From Felis catus (Eukaryota): a stretch of DNA of 64,000 bases. Location of the stretch: NCBI RefSeq assembly GCF_018350175.1, contig NC_058368.1:185754001-185818000 (forward strand), read 5' to 3'. The notes under the pieces are model-generated. The model worked only from the letters and a program-made list of their open reading frames with translations, was not told the origin of the DNA and searched no databases. Made by a program: the position numbers and the translations under genes. This document shows, piece after piece, positions 52,533 to 64,000 of this stretch (the stretch's first letter is position 1; every line of letters starts with the position of its first letter).

Positions 52533-52725
52533 TAGGTTGCCAGATAAAATTTACAATGCTCCGTTAAATTTGAATTCCAGGTAACCATTTCTTAAAACGT
52601 TTTACTGTTATCCTCTACAACATTTAAGATATAATTATATTGAAAAAATATTGTTTTATGTGTTATTTGATTTTAACTGTTCATCCTGTATTTTATCCTG
52701 CCAATCTGCCAATTCTGTCAACCCT
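52533..52725. mobile_element. MER53 palindromic hAT MITE
   Basis: ggttgccagataaaat...gttaaatttgaatt and mirror ttttaactg..catcctgtattttatc. Confidence 0.75.
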
Positions 52726-52759
52726 ACATGGAATTCTTTAAATCAGTCTTCTCTGCTGT

Positions 52760-53125
52760 TAAGCTTTCCCTCTTCCTGGAATGTTCTTCCCTCCCATTAC
52801 AGCCTTTCTTTTTTATTTACCTTTCTTTGTCATCTCCTACTAACTCTTCACATCCCAGCATCAATACTCTATTCCCATGAAAATTTTCACTGTTTCACCA
52901 CACCAAATTGGACTCCCTATATTATATGGCCTAAAAGCACCCTGTGGTTCTTCATGATATATTTCATAATCAAAATCAAATGATCATACATGTATTTACT
53001 GGTTTACTATGTTTGTATCAAGCTACATTTTAAACTCCCTGCCAGCAGGATCAGGATCTGTCTTATTTAATGCTGCAGTTCTAGAACCAATTATTAGGAG
53101 CTCAGTAAATATCTGTGTAATGAAT
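52760..53125 (+). mobile_element. L2 3' fragment
   Basis: ttccctcttcctggaatgttcttccc...taggagctcagtaaatatctgtg. Confidence 0.6.
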
Positions 53126-53669
53126 ACTTTGATGCTGTTTATCTGGAATAGTTCTGATATTGACTTGATATATTATTAGAGCAAAATAAAACAACTTTTT
53201 TTTGCATGGAATGGAAAATAATTTCTGCATAGAATGAAACACCCAAATATCCATTAATATTTTGATGTTAGTGTTCCATACTGAGGCCGAGGACTGGAAG
53301 AGAACTTTTTGTGTGTAAGATCAGAGACTATTTTACACATATACTATAGAACAGAATCTCTAGGGCTTTTTTCCTTAATTGCTAAAATAATAAAAGAAGA
53401 AGAAAGAGAGAAAATTCAACAATCAATTTATTCACTCAAATATATATGGGAATTTGTAGTAGCTACATGTTCCACTAAAATTGGGCAAGTGAGTTTGTTT
53501 GGTGTTCAAATAGTTGACCTTTTATTTAGGTTACTCTCAGTTAGTCTCAGGTTCCACTGGCCATCTCCTTTACTACTGAGCATGAAATCAATAATAGATT
53601 GTATCAGGGCTTGAAATGTCATAGAACCATAGTATTCCACATTGCAGGGGAACTTAGAATCATTTAGCA

Positions 53670-53915
53670 CAGCCTTTCCTGAAGGGGATATGATGAAACA
53701 TCCCTTCCACTGTGCTTTGTGTTAAAAGATACCTGAAGTCAAGTAATGTTGGAAACAATCTATTCAAAGCCCATAAGGACATTCATTATAAATAATGGTT
53801 AATAAGAATCTTGTGGTAAAGTTGTTTACCTGATATCAAACCCACCATTACTGAAGATTATGTGACAGAGAAATTCATTTTTTAACATTTATAAACATCC
53901 ACAAAACACTGAAAT
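53670..53915. mobile_element. MER103C/MER112-like hAT-Charlie
   Basis: gtcaagtaatgttggaaac...aagaatcttgtggtaaag. Confidence 0.4.
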
Positions 53916-54629
53916 GTTTATCTTTATGAGAAAATTGAGGCATTTAATGGGTGATTAACTTTTCCGAATTTATGCAGTTATATATAGACAGAAAACTAGT
54001 CCCCTGATACGTATTCTATATTACAACCCCCAATTCGGGAAATTCACATTGGGAATTATTTGAATGTGCACATGTGTATCTCAAATGTAAGAGAATATTA
54101 TCTTGATGTTACTCTAATTTTCCTACGTCAAGTGCTTAACAGATGTATGTTTTTTTGTTTGTTTGTTTTTCCTTTTCTAGCATTGCAGTAGAGATAGACA
54201 AAATAGAGCTAAAAATCTATGTTGGATTTGGTGCAAATTTCTAAAGAGAAAAGATACTCGAAAAAATTTCTTTTCTTTTCATTTTATTTTGCATACATGA
54301 ACTAACTCCAGAGAAAAATAAGAAATATCTGTTATGTGAAAAGCATTAAGAAACTCATGATATGGTTGTAAAGAGGAGAGTCAAACTCCCTTTTCTCTTT
54401 AGAAAAGAAACATTTAAAGTGGTGTGTGTGATATTATTTTAGAAAATGATATGAGCCACAAAGACTATTAGAGGATGATAAAGGTTGATAATACGTATTT
54501 TAAATACCATGGTCAAAAATGACCTCCAGAAAGATAATATTTGAATAGTCTCTTAGATGAAATTAGTGAAGATATCCTTGCTGAGGTAGCAACAAATGAA
54601 AATGCTCAAGAATGGGAGTAAGCTGGATA

Positions 54630-57504
54630 TTTTTTTTGTTTTTTTTTCTAATATAAAATTTATTGTCAAATTGGTTTCCATACAACAACCAGTGCTCATC
54701 CCAACAGGCACCCTCCTCAATGCCCATCACCCACTTTCCTCTCCACCCCATCCCCATCAACCCTCAGTTTATTCTCAGTATTTAAGAGTCTCTTATGGTT
54801 TGCCTCCTTCCCTCTCTATAACTTTTTATTCCCTTTCCCCTCCCCCATGGTCTTCTGTTAAGTTTCTCAGGATCCACATAAGAGTGAAAATATATGGTAT
54901 CTGTCTTTCTCTGCCTGGCTTTTTTCACTTCGCATAACACTCTCCAGTTCCATACACGTTGCAACAAATGGCCAGATTTCATTCTTTCTCATTGCCAAGT
55001 AGTATTCCATCGTATATATAAACCACATCTTCTTTATCCATTTGTCAGTTGATGGACATTTAGGCTCTTTGCATGATTTGGCTATTGTTGAGAGTGCTGC
55101 TATAAACATTGGGGTACATGTGCCCCTATGCAACAGCACTCCTATATCCCTTGGGTAAATTCCTAGCAGTGCTATTGCTGGGTCATAGAGTACATCTATT
55201 TTTAATTTTTTGAGGAAACTCCACACTGTTTTCCAGAGCGGCTGTACCAGTTTGCATTCCTACCAGCTGTGCGAGAGGCTTTCCCTTTCTCCACAGACTC
55301 GCCAACACCTATGGTTTCCTGATTTGTTCATTTTAGCCACTCTGACCGGTGTGAGATGGTATCTCAGTATGGTTTTGATTTCTATTTCCCTGATGAGGAG
55401 TGATGTTGAGCATCTTTTCATGTGTCTATTGGCCATCTGGATGTCTTTAGAGAAGTGTTTATTCATGTCTTCTGCCCATTTCTTCACTGGATTGTTTTTT
55501 GGGTGTGGAGTTTGGTGAGCTCTTTATAGATTTTGGATACTAGCCCTTTGATATGTCATTTGCAATATCTTTTCCCATTCTGTGGTTGCCTTTTAGTTTT
55601 GTTAATTGTTTCATTTGCAGTGAAGAAGCTTTTTATCTTCATGAGGTCCCAACAGTTCATTTTTGCTTTTAATTCCCTTGCCTTTGGAGATGTGTCATGT
55701 AAGAAATTGCTGTGGCTGAGGTCAGAGAGGTTTTTTTCCTGCTTTCTCCTCTAGGGTTTTGATGGTTTCCTGTCTCACATTTAGGTCCTTCATCCATTTT
55801 GAGTTTATTTTTGTGAATGGTGTAAGAAAGTGGTCTAGTTTGGTTCTTCTGCATGTTGCTGTCCAGTTCTCCCAGCACCATTTGCTAAAGAGACTGTCTT
55901 TTTTCCACTAGATATTCTTTCCTGCTTTTCTTCTTTCTTCTTTCTTCTTTCCTTCTTTTCTTTTATTAATGTGATGTATCACTTTGTCAAAGATTAGTTG
56001 GCCATACTTTGGTGGGTCCAATTCTGGAGTCTCTATTCTATTCCATTGGCCTATGTGTCTGTTTTGTTTGCCAATACCATGCTGTATTGATGATTACAGC
56101 TTTGTAGTAGAGGCTAAAGTCTGGGATTGTGATGCCTCCTGCTTTGGTCTTCTTCTTCAATATTACTTTGGCTATTCAGGGTCTTTTGTGGTTCCATACA
56201 AATTTTAGGATTGCTTGCTCTAGCCTCGAGAAAAATGTTGGTGCAATTTTGACTGGGATTGCATTGAATGTATAGATTGCTTTGGGTAGTATTGACATTT
56301 TAACAATATTTATTCTTCCAATCCATGAACATGGAATGTTTTTCCATTTCTTTGTATCTTCTTCAATTTCCTTCATAAGCTTTCTATAGTTTTCAGCATA
56401 CAGATCTTTTACATCTTTGATTAGGTTTATTCCTAGGTATTTTATGGTTCTTGGTGCAATTGTGAATGGGATCAGTTTCTTTGTCTTTCTGTTGCTTCAT
56501 TATTAGTGTATAAGAATGCAACTGATTTCTGTACATTGATTTTGTATCCTGTGACTTTGCTGAATTCATGTATCAGTTCTAGCAGATTTTGGTGGAGTGT
56601 GTTGGGTTTTCCACGTATAGTGTCATGTCATCTGCAAAAAGTGAAAGCTTGACTTCATCTTTGCCAATTTTGATGCCTTTGATTTCCTTTTGTTGTCTGA
56701 CTGCTGATGCTAGAACTTCCAGCACTATGTTAAACAACAGCAATGAGAGTGGACGTCCCTGTCGTGTTCCTGATCTCAGGGGGAAAGCTCTCAGTTTTTT
56801 CCCATTGATGATGATGTTAGCTGTGAGCTTTTCATAAATGGCTTTTATGATGTTTAAGTATGTTCCTTCTATCCCGACTTTCTCGAGGGTTTTTATTAAG
56901 AAAGGATGCTGAATTTTGTCAAATGCTTTTTCTGCATCGATTGACAGGATCATATGGTTCTTTTCTTTTATTAATGTGATGTATCACGTTGATTGATTTG
57001 TGAATATTGAACCAGCCCAGCAGCCCAGGAATGAATCGCACTTGGTCATTGTGAATAATTCTTTTTATATGCTGTTGAATTCGATTTGCTAGTATCTTAT
57101 TGAGAATTTTTGCATCCATATTCATCAGGGATATTAGCCTGTAGTTCTCTTTTTTTGCTGGGTCTCTGTCTGGTTTGGGAATCAAAGTAATGCTGTTTTC
57201 ATAGAATGAGTCTGGAAGTTTTCTTTCCCTTTCTATTTTTTGGAACAGCTTGAGAAGGATAGGTATTATCTCTGCTTTAAATGTCTGGTAGAATTCCCGA
57301 GGGAAGCCATCTGGTCCTGGACTCTTATTTGTTGGGAGATTTGTGATAACTGATTCAATTTCTTTGCTGGTTATGGGTCTGTTCAAGTTTTCTATTTCTT
57401 CCTGTTTGCGTTTTGGAAGTGTGTGGGTGCTTAGGAATTTGTCCATTTCTTCCAGGTTGTCCAGTTTGTTGGCATATAATTTTTCACAGTATTCCCTGAT
57501 AATT
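54630..57504 (-). mobile_element. L1_Fc-type LINE-1, 5'-truncated, about 2.9 kb
   Basis: T-rich tail; feline 3' UTR (aatttattgtcaaattggtttccatacaac); TSD taagctggata at 54619-54629 and 57505-57515. Confidence 0.97.
54867..57503 (-). pseudogene. L1 ORF2 (Z region, RT, C-terminal), frameshifted
   Basis: ORF track peptides [65 protein letters not shown] split across several frames. Confidence 0.95.
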
Positions 57505-59039
57505 TAAGCTGGATACTTTTGAAGAAAAACAGGAGATCTATGTTTCTAAATAGAGTTAAGTGGTAAGAATAGAGTAGTTGGTGATGATGATGGGGAATTA
57601 TGTAGGAGCAGACCTAGTAGGGTCTTACAGGTCATAATACTGAATATTTTACAAAGGGACAGTGAGCCATTTGAATCTTCTGATCACAGAGTCATGGTCA
57701 GCCATTCCTAGTTGACCTCTTTTCTGTTAGAAGACAGTGTGCAATCACAGGTTGGTGTCTCTCTTGTTCACTGCTTATATCCCTCTTATCTAACATGGCA
57801 CACACATAAAGCTCTAAGCATTCACAAAGCATCTGTAGAGTCTAATTAAATATAAATATGCTTTCACAATGTTAGTGAAACTATTTCTGCTATGAAAGGG
57901 AAAACACTAAAGTGATTAGAATTTAGAGTCAAAGCGTATATTTGTACCTAAATAGATTACTGGGGCAGTATTCTCCTTCCCACTTGAGCATAAGCCTTCC
58001 TTATTTTCATAAGGGACATCAACCAAGATGCAAATGCTATAACTTCAGGCTGTGACTTTGTAGACTAAACTTTGTCCTTCAAACAGAGTGTTCACGTTAA
58101 TTATAATAGAACAGTAGGGAATATTAAAGGCTTAAGATATTCTGTGGGTTTACATCACCAAAATACATCAAATTGAATATTTGGCAAGTTTCTCTTTATA
58201 ACTGAATTGGCTCAGCTTTTATATAAGGTAACACATTAAATACAAAGTAAAAGAACTTTGCTTCTGCCTACAGTCTGCAGAAAATATTAATCTTGAGATT
58301 CCCAGCCAATATGGAGGAACTGCATTAATCAAAATGAAACTGTTATTAAAGCCCCTAATGTTTACATAGCTTTTTGCTAAATGTCAGAGAAATTCTGTTC
58401 ATTATTCTGTGCTGTTACTTCTGCCTGGGATTTTCTCTTCTTGACCCCTTTTCTAACTTTTATCCTAATAAACTACTATTTGTTCTTTAGAACCAAGATT
58501 AAATATCTGTTGAGCAAAATTCATTGCCCATCTTTTGTGTCCTCACAACTCTTCATCCATAGAACTTCTTACATCTTCCCGAACTCATCATTTCACAAAT
58601 CTATCACCACGACTTGACTGAAAGCTCTCCTAGAAAACGGATTCAAGTTCATCTTCTCCATGTCCTCAAATATAAGGATAGACCTCAGGGTCTAGCATGT
58701 GATGTGCTCTCAGTAAATAACAGCTCAAAGAAGGGCTGTGGAGGTAATGTAGTAAAAATACAGTTATTGTTTTCAAAAAGCTTCTATCTTATTTGAGGAT
58801 AAAATGCTAATAAAATAATGAGAAAAACAGTATGGTACCAAACATCCTGACTACAGAAGTTCAGAAAAGGGATGATAATTATTGCAGAAAAACTTCATGA
58901 GGGAAGACAACTTAAGGTGATTGTCTCAAATACAGATGAGAAAGTAGAGGAGATTTAACATGTATCAGTGAAGGTTGTTACAAAGTGGTATTTTCATGCA
59001 ATGTAACTGAACCAACAGGAAATGACCTTGATACTGGGG

Positions 59040-59185
59040 AAAATAACAATTGATGGGAATAATATCTACTCTCAAATCACTGTCCTAATAATTAAACAGA
59101 GGCTCTTTACAGAGTGTGTTGATGGAAGAAATGGACTACACAAAAATATTGTCTAGATTTTCCAACAGATACTTTACCACAAGTT
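59040..59185 (+). mobile_element. Possible CR1/L3 RT fragment
   Basis: Weak resemblance (T..VDG.N...LDF) to CR1 VTSLVDEGNAVDVIYLDF; very diverged. Confidence 0.25.
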
Positions 59186-60598
59186 AAATCAATTAACTGG
59201 CCACTAGCAGTTATTTTGCAGATCAACTTCTCTCAGTGAACAAAAGCAAAAGGGTGTTTGGAGAGAAAAGTAGCTTCAGAGCACTACAAAGAAGTAACTT
59301 CCTATCATCTACTTTCTTTTCTTTGCATGGTAACAGGCATTGCTTAGGCAGCTTAGGTTCAGGACCAAAATTTAGAACCAAGACACTACAGATTAGATAC
59401 TGGGTTAGAGAAATCAGTGCACATTTATATAATATTTTCTATTTGTCGGAATTGGAGTCCAGGGGCTTCAGTCACTCTGTAGCCCGATACCTGCGTCATG
59501 TTCATGGAAGTGTAATGCTTGCTTCACATTCATGGATAAGTTTAGTCTTTCTCTGGAGATCAATGAACACACACAAGAATGAGAAAACAAATTAGCCTTT
59601 TTTTATATTGCTAGTTTCTATATTGACCACATTGGGTGATCACATTCTAGAAGCTGGAGATAAGTTTTCTGGCATAAGATGGTATGGACTAATCTTTTAT
59701 AGAATGAGATAACAGGGTGTCTGATGTGTGTGTGTCCCTAGAAAAACTAATTTTGACTAGAGTTAAAGGTCCAGTTGAACTATGGACATAATTTTTAATC
59801 TAAAGGATTTGAATGAATAATACAGATTAAATTTTGGACTTTTTTTTTAAAAAGAGGAAGAAAAAAACTGAACTCAATCTGGAGATAGCACTTTTATATT
59901 CACTAAGAACTTGATTTGGGGTGGAGGCTCCATATAATTAGGATCAGAAATTTAAAAAAAAAGCGTTTGAACTAATAACCATTTGTGTAGAGGAGAAAAA
60001 AGTAAACTGATTTTTCCAGAATTTTTCTATTTCAATTTTTTTTCTCTTCTTCTTCTTTTCTTTCTCTTTTTTTCTCTTCCTCCCTGTATCCTCCTAATCC
60101 TTCTCCTGGTTTACTTTTTTTTCCTCCTCAAAAGTGATGATCACAGCATAAATGTATGAGGGCTGAATATCAAACTCAATTGTATGCATGACACATTTAT
60201 ATCAAATTACTTAGGTCAAAGATATCTAATGTTCCTTTGACATAATGGTAAATCAGATTTTGAGTGTTTTTTGTAAGATATTGGTAACTGAAAAAAACAT
60301 TTTTGAAGAACATTTTTCAAGAAAATTCAGTTTCTGTCTTAATTTGTTATGAAATGTAGAGCTTTGACGCAAGTTCACTTCACTACCATAGCATCATAAA
60401 GTACCTTACTTTCTTACTCCTCACTCTGCTCCATTAGAAGGCATGGCTGGAAATTGTTGATTTCCATGGAAGTGGCAACTGGTCAAGGAGAAAGTCTCAG
60501 CGTTGTTGCTATGACATGTTGTTGTCAGTGAGGATTCATGGGGTGCACTTTTCATGGGTAGATGAATATGTGCAGGCTGAAGATTGGCCCTGAAGGAG

Positions 60599-60610
60599 AC
60601 TGACGTCAGT
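60599..60610. promoter_or_regulatory. Full CRE (TGACGTCA) within 12-bp palindrome ACTGACGTCAGT
   Basis: Exact consensus with intact CpG; CCAAT on minus strand at 60583-60587 nearby; function untested. Confidence 0.45.
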
Positions 60611-61449
60611 GCAGCACCTGCCCTTCTGCAACATGCTGGGCCGTTTGATTACTGGAAATAGCTCCACTGAGTGGTCTGGGATGGCCTGGGATATAGCAGC
60701 AGCTGTGTTCTTTGCTTCCCTCCTGAAGAACACAGATGACTGTGTTTATGAGAGGGGGCTGAGTAGAAAGCAGATTTCCCACTTCACTTTTTTTTTTCTT
60801 TGAGTTCAACACCACCATCCACCTAAGGAGGTAGACAAAGTTGGCCCATGACCTGGAAAAATCTGAAGAGGTTGATTAAATTTAAAGAATTGATTTACAA
60901 GATCAATATGTGAAACTACAAATGCATGGTGGGAGGCACTTGGAATGCTATTTGTTCTTCCTATTGTGATTTCTGGTAGACAAGCGAGGATCAACACCAT
61001 TCAAACCAATTTTCCGTGTAAGGTACAGTGCCTAGGACCACCAAGCTTTTGTATGTCTCTGAAAATGTTTAAGTTAATATATAAAACTTACATACACACA
61101 TATGAAAACAGAAACAATAAAATTAATTGTCCACAAATCATTTTCTGGCAGCTAGGCAACTGCAGTTTAATATAATTCTTATGTAGATACAAAAATCATA
61201 AAGTATAATCAACATACTAAGGTTAAAATTATTTTAAAAAGTACCTCATAAACTCAAAATTGTAAAAATTAGAAACTTCTATTTCCATTTACTTATTATA
61301 ATTATGACTTGTATGGGATTGTGGGTATATTTTAATATGCTTAGTACAACATGGGGTGAAGACTCTCAGAGTAGAATATATGGACCATGAAGGTCCTAAC
61401 ATGACCCTACCATCATCTTTTCACATAGAAATTTCTAGTTCTTTTTCTT

Positions 61450-62470
61450 TGTCACTCATCCAGTTACTTCTTTGTATTCCCATGCCACCAGAGTCCAATT
61501 CACCACTCTATCATCTGAATCACTCCAATTTTCTAGCATTAGTTCTTCCTGCCTCCAATAGTGCCTCTCTCTTTTAAATAGTTCCTTCTGCAGCTTAATA
61601 TGATGGACTATACAGCTTTGACCTTGTTCTCTCTTTTCAGTGGCTCCCAGTGCTGGCAGGACAAAATCCAACCTTTTTAACATGATAGAAAATAACTTTG
61701 TAGCCAATCCACCTCCCCAGACTCATCTCTCACAATCCCAACCATTGTTTTCTCCTTCACCTTTCCATGTATAATCACTGTCTTTTATTCATATTGAACT
61801 TCTTGTAGTGCTTTAAATAACGAACATTTTGTCTCCTTAGGGCTTTTGCATGTGATGTTCTCTCTAATGGACATATTTCCTTGTTCTTCACCTTCACTGT
61901 GCAAAGTGGATGACATCTCTTTATCACTGAGATCTTATAAAACATTTGTTCTGTTCCCCAAGATACTTGGATGGTAGTTTCATTGGCTCCCAAATCTCTT
62001 CCCCTTCCCCTCCTGTATCCCTACTCTCTCCTACTGTAATTCTCTACTGTGGTTCTTTCTATATGTTATACTCAGGCTTCCTTCTCTGTATTTCTTTTAT
62101 ACTATTTTCCTCTTTGGAATTCCCTTGCTCATTCTTCTATTTAACACTTACGCATTCTCCAAAGTCTTTAATTCATACTACCTCCAAGAAGTCTTCATTG
62201 ATTACTATTCTCTACTGTAAAAAGAAAAAATTCTCAGAACACATAGCATACATTATATATTTAATCTATTTAACATTTACCATATACTTTTCGAAAACAT
62301 CACTAGTGTCTTGTCATATAATCATATATGGTATGATATGAACCTCTGATAGGAGAACCAGTTGAATGTTCTTGTAGGAAAAAATTCCATGTATCTCCTG
62401 AAACACCTAGCAGAGTGGCCTATTTATATAGTAAAGGTTGATAAAAAACAAAACAATTAATTGAATGAAT
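61450..62470 (+). mobile_element. L2 (fragmented)
   Basis: cagtggctccca...caaaatccaa; ccttagggcttttgcatgtgatgttctctct; cctagcagagtggcct...ttgaatgaat terminus. Confidence 0.6.
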
Positions 62471-63439
62471 AAGTGCATGTGTGACAGCATCATGATTTTG
62501 TTGAATGAATACTAGCAGCAAATGGGAAAAGATTATAACAGTTGAAAAACAAATTTTGAAAAGTTATTTAAAAATAAGATTATAAGAATCTTTAATAAAT
62601 GTGGCTTTGAGAAATCAGTAGTGATAACTTGCTATGAATTCCTAACCAAAAGAAAATTGACTGTGGTGGGAATCTTAGCAAAACATTTTTGTATACAAAA
62701 ATCCAGTGTTCTGTGCACATCTCCGTATTTTCTTGTTGCACATTGTTGTCATGAGCTTAGATTTTTTTTATATCCAGAATTGGAGGGATTAACTTAATAC
62801 AGCATCTGCTGATGAATTGTTATTTGATTTGCCAGTGTTTTAACCTCAGAACACAATATTGTGGTAATTGCCACCTGTTTTTGTATTTCAGTCAGTAAAA
62901 TACTATTGTAACCTTTAGCTTTCATGTTTTGTGAAGATGATAAATCATGTATTGCTGTGTTAAACACACCAAACAGAGGAATTAAAAAAGCAATTAATTA
63001 ACATCTTCTTGATAGGGTAGAGCATAGACATTGTGATTATATATGCTAACTAATATCACTTTCTTTAAGGTTAACATTTCAAATTATTAAGAAATAATAG
63101 AACTTCAGACTTAAAAGGGAAATCACAAAAGTCTTTTGTGTCACTTACATCTTCCCACCCTGAGGTTTCATTTCCACATAATTTCAAAACAACAAATAAC
63201 ACAAGCAATAAGAAACAAAACAGAAATAGAACTATGGAAAAGAAAATAGCTCAATAGGTTTTAGTTTCTGTGTTGGTTTTGTTGTTGTTGTTGATGATGT
63301 TTTTGTTGTGTTTGTCTTCCCTGGAAAAAAAAATAGAATGCCTGAATTGTTCATTTTCCCACCAGTTTTGTTAAGATGAACCATAGCTTTTTGAATCTTA
63401 GAAATCAACTTAAGGGAGGTTTTGCCTACTGTCTTAAAC

Positions 63440-63870
63440 AGTACAGTAGCAGATCATTCTTGCTTATTCCATCCATCATGTACAGCTACAGCTGGCATGC
63501 GGCTGCTAACTAGAAACTCCATGTCCCCGCATCTAAATTGAGCCATATCACCATTTCTTGCCAATGGAAACTTAGTGAGGTGTTTTAATTCTGGATTAAG
63601 GTGGTTAACAAAATTGAGTATACCTTCTCTATACTTTCGTTTGTTTCCCATCTGATTGCTGGATGCAAAGGATTTCGAGGCCCTTTGCAGCCAGCAAAGA
63701 TTAGAGATGTTAGAGCATAGAATTGAAAGAGTACCTGAATTCCCAAATGGAGAAGAGCTACTCATTGACCAGGAACATCTGCACAGGAATTATGTGAGCA
63801 AGCAATAAACTTCTATATGTAAGCTACTGAAATGTGGCAGCGTATAGTAACAACTAGAATTATCCTGTGT
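63440..63870 (+). mobile_element. MaLR LTR (MLT1I-like)
   Basis: cttgccaatggaa...tgtgagcaagcaataaacttctatatgtaagctactgaaat. Confidence 0.65.
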
Positions 63871-64000
63871 CCATTAACCCTAGTCTTGAGATCTAGATGG
63901 TGTTACTGCTATTCATAATTAGATAGTTTTATTGATAAATTTGGTTGCATTCTACAAAGAAATTTTATGCAATACTTTTCTAGAGTTAACATTCTTTTTA

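Noticed and set aside
54150..54245. Strong polypyrimidine tract plus AG acceptor at 54180
   Set aside because: No convincing downstream donor or recognisable coding frame
54867..57503. Active reverse transcriptase gene or novel RT system
   Set aside because: Ordinary 5'-truncated L1 ORF2 lacking the endonuclease domain, with several frameshifts
60536..60818. Overlapping short ORFs in the GC-richer island as a coding exon
   Set aside because: No peptide recognised; open frames are explained by local GC content; kept only as a regulatory candidate

Overview
AT-rich, CpG-poor mammalian genomic DNA from a cat (Felidae), judged from 14 feliform Can-SINE (SINEC_Fc-type) copies and an L1_Fc-type LINE. 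The window reads as intronic or intergenic. I cannot support any host protein-coding exon, RNA gene or CRISPR array, and the long ORFs in the track are L1 ORF2 fragments or read-through of SINEs and LTRs. The repeat landscape is layered: ancient L2, MIR and hAT MITEs; MaLR, ERVL and ERV1 LTRs plus an ERVL-type pol remnant; old L1M pieces; and carnivore L1s and SINEs, many with target-site duplications (TSDs). I found no convincing new biological system. The best second-look items are: an L1 whose 5' UTR is joined directly to the ORF2 3' end (candidate spliced L1 insertion); a 30-bp self-templated insertion inside the L1_Fc; a tandem-plus-inverted duplication making a perfect 44-bp palindrome; a CRE/CCAAT/X-box cluster followed by splice donors (candidate minus-strand promoter); and several repeat-free, motif-dense blocks that may be enhancers. 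Subfamily names come from recalled consensus sequences and need RepeatMasker/Dfam confirmation. Boundaries of old repeats are approximate.
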